Positions 59,294 through 64,000 of a stretch of 64,000 bases of DNA are shown piece by piece (the first letter of the stretch is position 1; every line of letters begins with the position of its first letter). Made by a program: the position numbers and the translations under genes. Origin of the DNA: Candidatus Obscuribacteraceae bacterium (lineage in GTDB: Bacteria > Cyanobacteriota > Vampirovibrionia > Obscuribacterales > Obscuribacteraceae); NCBI GenBank assembly GCA_044226015.1, contig JBGAHS010000002.1, positions 979,435 through 1,043,434 on the forward strand, in the 5' to 3' direction. The notes below the pieces were generated by a model, which saw only the letters and a list, made by a program, of their open reading frames with translations, searched no databases and was not told the DNA's origin.

Positions 59294-59638
59294 CTAGGCT
59301 GATTTAGCTCTATTGCTGTTAACTCTGGAGAAGTATTTCTCAAGGTGAATAGAAGTAAGAGCATTTACTGTTTCTGATATGTCTGGATGGTTTGATGGCA
59401 AGTTCTTGCGCTCAATCTCCAGACATTTCATTAGCAACTGCTCAGCTTTTGAGTAATTCTCAAGCGCAAAATACAGCATGCCGAAGTTATACATAGTCGT
59501 GGTGAGGTTCAAGCTGTCTTTGCCCCACTTCTTTTCTTCCATAGAAAGCACTACAGTCCACAATCTTTCCGCAGACTCGTAGTCACCGATTTCTTCATAA
59601 CGCTCAGCTCGCGCAGTTAAATATGAGAGCGCATCCAT
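59294..59638 (-). CDS. Small TPR protein
   Basis: MYNFGMLYFALENYSKAEQLLMKCLEIERKNLPSNHPD kinesin-light-chain-type TPR. Confidence 0.8.
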   Translation of the reverse strand: MDALSYLTARAERYEEIGDYESAERLWTVVLSMEEKKWGKDSLNLTTTMYNFGMLYFALENYSKAEQLLMKCLEIERKNLPSNHPDISETVNALTSIHLEKYFSRVNSNRAKSA

Positions 59639-59887
59639 TTACCAAATACCCCTGCTTCACAACGTCATAAGAATATAGCTTGTAATTCGAGTTTATAGAT
59701 CAAAGATTAGGGATTGCACTAGTATTTGATGCTCAATCCCTTAACTCAAGATATACAATCGATACCGATCGAGATCCACTTGGACTGCGCCTTGGCAAAA
59801 ATAGGAAAAAAGAAAGCGGGCATTAAGTCCCGCTAACTGATTCGATCAATTCAAATTGCTTCCTAACAACCTAACCGCTAACCGCGA

Positions 59888-60400
59888 TTACTTATCTACG
59901 TCAGGTCCAGTCCCTGTATCCGGAGCGATGTACATCGCCCCCCACAAATCGCGATCGATGAACTCTTGTTCTGATTCTTTCGAAATATTCCTGAAGGTCT
60001 CTTCGACGCATTCTGGGCTGAGATCGCTATAAAGCGTTATATCAGCAGTTGAAACAATGCCTTGAATTTTGTGCTCGCTATCAAGAACTGGTATTCGCCT
60101 GACCTGTTGTGCTCTCATCAACTCAGCAACTTTATCGACCTCGTCATCTGGTCCACACCAGACCACCGGCGTGTGCATCAGTTGATCTAGCCTTGTCGCC
60201 TTCGGGTCTTTGCCATCGGCTATTACAGCCATACACAAATCTCTGTCTGTAATTACCCCGACAACCCGATAGCTTTTCTCATTCTCGACAACTGGAATTG
60301 CACCAATGTTGTGTTCCTTCATCCTCTTTGCGGCGACGTCGGCTGTTTCCGTTCCGTAACAGCAGATCGGATCGACCGTCATGATTTCATGCACCTTCAT
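59888..60400 (-). CDS. CBS-domain pair protein
   Basis: MKVHEIMT, IGAIPVV, GVITDRDL, QVRRIPV, GIVSTADI. Confidence 0.92.
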   Translation of the reverse strand: MKVHEIMTVDPICCYGTETADVAAKRMKEHNIGAIPVVENEKSYRVVGVITDRDLCMAVIADGKDPKATRLDQLMHTPVVWCGPDDEVDKVAELMRAQQVRRIPVLDSEHKIQGIVSTADITLYSDLSPECVEETFRNISKESEQEFIDRDLWGAMYIAPDTGTGPDVDK

Positions 60401-60428
60401 GTCATGTCCTCCACTTTGCGAAAACTTA

Positions 60429-60453
60429 GACGGAACAATTCGTTAGCAGTTCC
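60429..60453 (-). promoter_or_regulatory. ECF-sigma-type promoter GGAAC-N16-CGTC
   Basis: Minus strand GGAACtgctaacgaattgttcCGTC upstream of the CBS gene. Confidence 0.75.
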
Positions 60454-60518
60454 GGAACCAAATTGCCCAAAGCTAGTCTTTATCCAGGTCGTTTAATAAG
60501 GTAAATGGGGATCGAACA

Positions 60519-60722
60519 ATGAAAGCAAAAATGCCGGACAAACCACCGGAGGCAGCCAATTATCTGTGCACAAAATGCGGAAAGCAATTCGCATTCCGCA
60601 TGGGTGAACTCGTCTGTCCAAAGTGTTCAAGCGACAAGCGCTCAGATTTCGTTCCCATTTTTGTAAAGAGCGATCCTCAAGAAGATTCAATGTACACAGC
60701 GGACGATTTCCCTGGAGGATAA
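60519..60722 (+). CDS. Small zinc-ribbon protein
   Basis: YLCTKCG...VCPKCSS; ends 2 bp before the nitroreductase start. Confidence 0.7.
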   Translation: MKAKMPDKPPEAANYLCTKCGKQFAFRMGELVCPKCSSDKRSDFVPIFVKSDPQEDSMYTADDFPGG

Positions 60723-60724
60723 GA

Positions 60725-61387
60725 ATGCTCAAATTAGTAACTCCTATGCGAGGTGCCACCACTCCATTAAACGAGGCGGTGACTCAACGCAGGGCAACAC
60801 AAGGCTTCAAAACAGATCCTATAGCTGACGAAGTCTTGCACGAGCTACTCGGTCTTGCGTTGCTGGCTCCTTCTGGGTACAACCTGCAGCCCTGGAAATT
60901 TATAGTGGTGCAAAACCAAGATAACAAAGAGCGATTAATGAAGGTCGCAATGAACCAGGCAAAAGTGGCTGAAGCACCAGTAGTGGTGATAGCATGCGCA
61001 AATCCAAATGGGTGGCGTGATGACCTGGACAAGGTTATTGCGATGGCCCGGGAAACAGGACAGATCAAGGATGACAACGTGGCTTCCCAAATGAGGGAAA
61101 AAGCCAGCACTTACTTGAGTAGCGTTGACAATCGAGTCTGGGCTACAAAGCAAACAATGATAGCTTTTTCTCATTTGATGTTGCTTGCGGAATCGTACGG
61201 CATCGATACGGCTCCAATGGAAGGTTTTAACGAAGTCGAAGTGAAGGCTGAATTCAATATTCCAGACGATTTTCTCGTACTGGCTCTATTGGCCATGGGG
61301 TACCGTTCAAAACCTGATAGACCATATGGTGGAAGATTCGAACTTGGAGAACGCGTGTGCTTTGAACGCTACGGAAATCCTGTTTGA
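60725..61387 (+). CDS. Nitroreductase family protein
   Basis: RRATQGF, APSGYNLQPWKF, TAPMEGF; GGAGG RBS. Confidence 0.93.
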   Translation: MLKLVTPMRGATTPLNEAVTQRRATQGFKTDPIADEVLHELLGLALLAPSGYNLQPWKFIVVQNQDNKERLMKVAMNQAKVAEAPVVVIACANPNGWRDDLDKVIAMARETGQIKDDNVASQMREKASTYLSSVDNRVWATKQTMIAFSHLMLLAESYGIDTAPMEGFNEVEVKAEFNIPDDFLVLALLAMGYRSKPDRPYGGRFELGERVCFERYGNPV

Positions 61388-61465
61388 TCCACTCTAGACC
61401 ATTTAGAAAACCCAAAGGAGGAATAATACCTTAAATTAAGTAATTGAGTTTTCCCACCTGGAAAA

Positions 61466-61503
61466 TCGCCATGCAGCGCAAGCTGCGTGGCGACTTTGTT
61501 TTT
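61466..61503 (+). terminator. Intrinsic terminator
   Basis: tcgccatgcagc-gcaa-gctgcgtggcga with GNRA loop and T-rich tail. Confidence 0.75.
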
Positions 61504-61527
61504 GATGCCATGCGAGAACCAGATTTT

Positions 61528-64000
61528 CTAGCTTTTTGCTCTCTTAGGATTCTGTTGATTGTTCGCTGACTCCGGCGTTGTCTGCTGGTGCTCCTCATGC
61601 TCCCTTTGCTGTAAGCGAGCTCGCTGACGACTATTAGGTTTTAGAGCTCTTACTCTCTCACGAATTCCATTTGCGATTTGCTCTGCGTTTGTCTTACCGT
61701 CACCCTGTTCAAGAAGCTCTTTAACAGGGACAGGCTCGCCGAATATAACAGTAATTTTTTCGAACTTCGGCCAGAACGCCCCTGGAGGAAGTGCCTCACG
61801 CGTTCCATCTAGATAGACAGGAACAACCTCTATTTCTTCAAACTTTTCAAGCAACATACCAATACCAGGTTTGAACGTGAGTAGTTTTCCATCTAATGTC
61901 CTTTCACCTTCAGGAAACCAAATCAAGCTTCGGCGTTTTTTTAACACAGCCGCTCCCAAGGCTAAACTCGAGATAAGTGATTTTTTCGCTTCAATTGGGA
62001 ATGCGTGCACCAGACGGCTCATGAATGTATTGAACGGATTGTGGAATGCGATACCGCTCCACGCTGCCACCTGAGCCTTCTTTAACATCCTGTGCGGAAG
62101 CGCAGAGCACAAAGCGAAGATATCGAGATAACTGGCATGATTAGGATTGAAGACATACTGCTTACTTTCATCAAGCTTTTCTAGCCCCACGGCACTCGAA
62201 TGAAAGAATGTACGCATCAAGCCCAGGTTGAAAGCAAATATTGAGTCAGCAAGAGACTGTTCCCAGCTGCTCAAAGGACTGAGCCAGTGCTTTTGTTCTT
62301 TACTAAGATACTTCTCCGGTTCTTCTAGCGGCGAAGCTTTGGCTTCGCTGCCCTGGTCTTTTGCTTCCACAACTTTTTGTATGAGATCTCTCACGCTACT
62401 GATAGAAGCAATTGCTTCATCGTCCAGCTCAACTCCGGTTGTCTCCGATAGCTCAAGGGAGAGATTTAGCCATTCGAAAGAATCAATATTCAAATCGAGC
62501 GCAGGACTGGTATCTAACCCGATTTCGTGATCTGGAAATCTTCCTTTCAACCAGGACATGACCTGCTCTGCGGCATTGTTTTCCATAAGCGCACTATCTT
62601 CAGCACTTAGCCGCGGCTCGCCTGATGCTCCAGACTTGCTGTTTTCCTTCACCTTGCCAGATTTAATGCCCTTATACTGTTCTTCAAGCTCTTTCCTCTT
62701 TAACTTGCCCAAATTTGTTTTAGGCAAGGGTTGCTTGGTGATAGCAAAACCACGCACGCGTTTGTATGAGGCTAACTTCGAAGACATAGAAGAAAGTGCT
62801 TCAGAGATTTTGTCTTGACTATCACTCGCTGATGCAGGCAGAACCAGAGCAACCAGCTTGTTATCAACCTGGAGAACTCCAATTTCTTTTATAGCAGGAT
62901 GTTCTCCATACACTTTTTCAATTTCATCTGGCTGAACTTTTTTGCCACCCTCCATCACTATTAATGACGATGCCCGTCCATTGATGTGCAGCTTTCCCTG
63001 AGCATCGAGGTGCCCAAGATCACCAGTTTTGAACCAACCATCACTAGTGAAGGCTTCAGCAGTTACTTCCTCTAAATTTAGATAACCAGAAAAGACGTTA
63101 GGTCCGCGAGCTTCAATTTCTCCTTCGTTGGAGCCAGATGATGATTCGTCAGCATCATTCTTGCTTGGATCAGGATAGTGAGTTATGCGAAGCTCGACTC
63201 CGTTTATTGGTTTGCCTGCGGTACTGAAATTAGTATCGTCAGGCAAACGCATTGTTAAAAGTGGTGCTGTCTCGGTAAGTCCATACCCCACTGCAATTCT
63301 CCATCCAAGCCCACTCAATTTATTTGCAAGCTCTTCCTCCAGCAAAGCACCTCCAGAGCAGAGCAACCGAAGACCAGGAGATAGCTCCTTATGGACTTTA
63401 GAGAACAGAGCTTTTCCGCAGTTCACGCCTGTTAAGCGTTGAATCACTCCGCTTGTACTCATTAAAGTATTAAAAGCAAATTTTGAAACTTTCGAATCAA
63501 GCTTGCCTTCAATTCCATTCAAGATAGATCGAAGCAGTCTTGGCACAGCGACAAGGACAGTAGCTTTACCCATCTTGAGGGCTCTCATCAACTCAGGACC
63601 CGTTACTGACTGCGGCAAAATTACAGGCAACCCCATCCTCAGTGGACCTAACAGTCCTACATTCAACGGGTACACATGAAAGAGGGGTAGCGGCAAAAGA
63701 ACACGATCCCTCTTCTCAAGAAGCTCAGATTCGGATATGGCAGAATCGAGCTGCATCATTATATTTGCATGAGTTAGAGGTACGCCTTTTGGCATACCAG
63801 TGGTGCCAGACGTGTAGAAGATGCAAGCAAGGTCGTCGGGAGCCAATTCCATTTCTTCGAGTTTTTCATCGGTATTAAGCAAATTTTTCCAGCTCTTTTT
63901 TTCACTCTCGAGATCAAGCCTGAATACACGAAATGGCTTGCGGTGAAAAAGTCTATGCAGAACCTCGTTTCCATTTGCATCAGTAAACACAAACTTTGGT
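61528..64000 (-). CDS. Acyl-AMP/CoA ligase + ACP + lysophospholipid acyltransferase fusion (5' end outside the window)
   Basis: YTSGTTGMPKG, GYGLTET, TGDLG; ACP motif LNIDSF; acyltransferase motifs NHASYLD and FPEGERT. Confidence 0.9.
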   Translation of the reverse strand, partial: PKFVFTDANGNEVLHRLFHRKPFRVFRLDLESEKKSWKNLLNTDEKLEEMELAPDDLACIFYTSGTTGMPKGVPLTHANIMMQLDSAISESELLEKRDRVLLPLPLFHVYPLNVGLLGPLRMGLPVILPQSVTGPELMRALKMGKATVLVAVPRLLRSILNGIEGKLDSKVSKFAFNTLMSTSGVIQRLTGVNCGKALFSKVHKELSPGLRLLCSGGALLEEELANKLSGLGWRIAVGYGLTETAPLLTMRLPDDTNFSTAGKPINGVELRITHYPDPSKNDADESSSGSNEGEIEARGPNVFSGYLNLEEVTAEAFTSDGWFKTGDLGHLDAQGKLHINGRASSLIVMEGGKKVQPDEIEKVYGEHPAIKEIGVLQVDNKLVALVLPASASDSQDKISEALSSMSSKLASYKRVRGFAITKQPLPKTNLGKLKRKELEEQYKGIKSGKVKENSKSGASGEPRLSAEDSALMENNAAEQVMSWLKGRFPDHEIGLDTSPALDLNIDSFEWLNLSLELSETTGVELDDEAIASISSVRDLIQKVVEAKDQGSEAKASPLEEPEKYLSKEQKHWLSPLSSWEQSLADSIFAFNLGLMRTFFHSSAVGLEKLDESKQYVFNPNHASYLDIFALCSALPHRMLKKAQVAAWSGIAFHNPFNTFMSRLVHAFPIEAKKSLISSLALGAAVLKKRRSLIWFPEGERTLDGKLLTFKPGIGMLLEKFEEIEVVPVYLDGTREALPPGAFWPKFEKITVIFGEPVPVKELLEQGDGKTNAEQIANGIRERVRALKPNSRQRARLQQREHEEHQQTTPESANNQQNPKRAKS

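Noticed and set aside
32595..60478. Stress cluster as a mobile genomic island
   Set aside because: No integrase, transposase, tRNA target or flanking direct repeats seen, and no obvious compositional break by eye.

Overview
A gene-dense bacterial chromosomal segment. I found no rRNA, tRNA, CRISPR array, integrase or transposase. The gene style suggests a non-photosynthetic cyanobacterial relative such as Vampirovibrionia/Obscuribacterales (inference only): divergent histidine kinase/OmpR pairs, many secreted TPR proteins, an LRV-repeat protein and a FecR-CHASE2 module. The left half holds htrA, bioB, a moaD-moaE-moaA-moeA operon, two-component pairs, a Pro/His protein encoded by a 20 x 21-bp repeat, an SPFH-DUF4178-aminopropyltransferase-flavin oxidase operon, a GH13 amylase, an M23 peptidase and a FecR/CHASE2 kinase/regulator operon. 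The main discovery is in the right half (about 32.5-60.5 kb). Eight exact copies of an ECF-sigma-type promoter motif GGAAC-N16-CGTC, plus four near matches, sit in intergenic positions in the sense orientation. They precede stress-type genes: DUF2383 ferritin-like, a GT20 trehalose-phosphate synthase unit, CBS, cupin, TPR/ABC exporter, VPV-repeat secreted proteins and a lipoprotein pseudophosphatase. This looks like a physically clustered general-stress regulon. It also contains a candidate structured sRNA and a lipid kinase plus three Siw14-like phosphatases. All product calls come from motif recognition by eye, not database searches.
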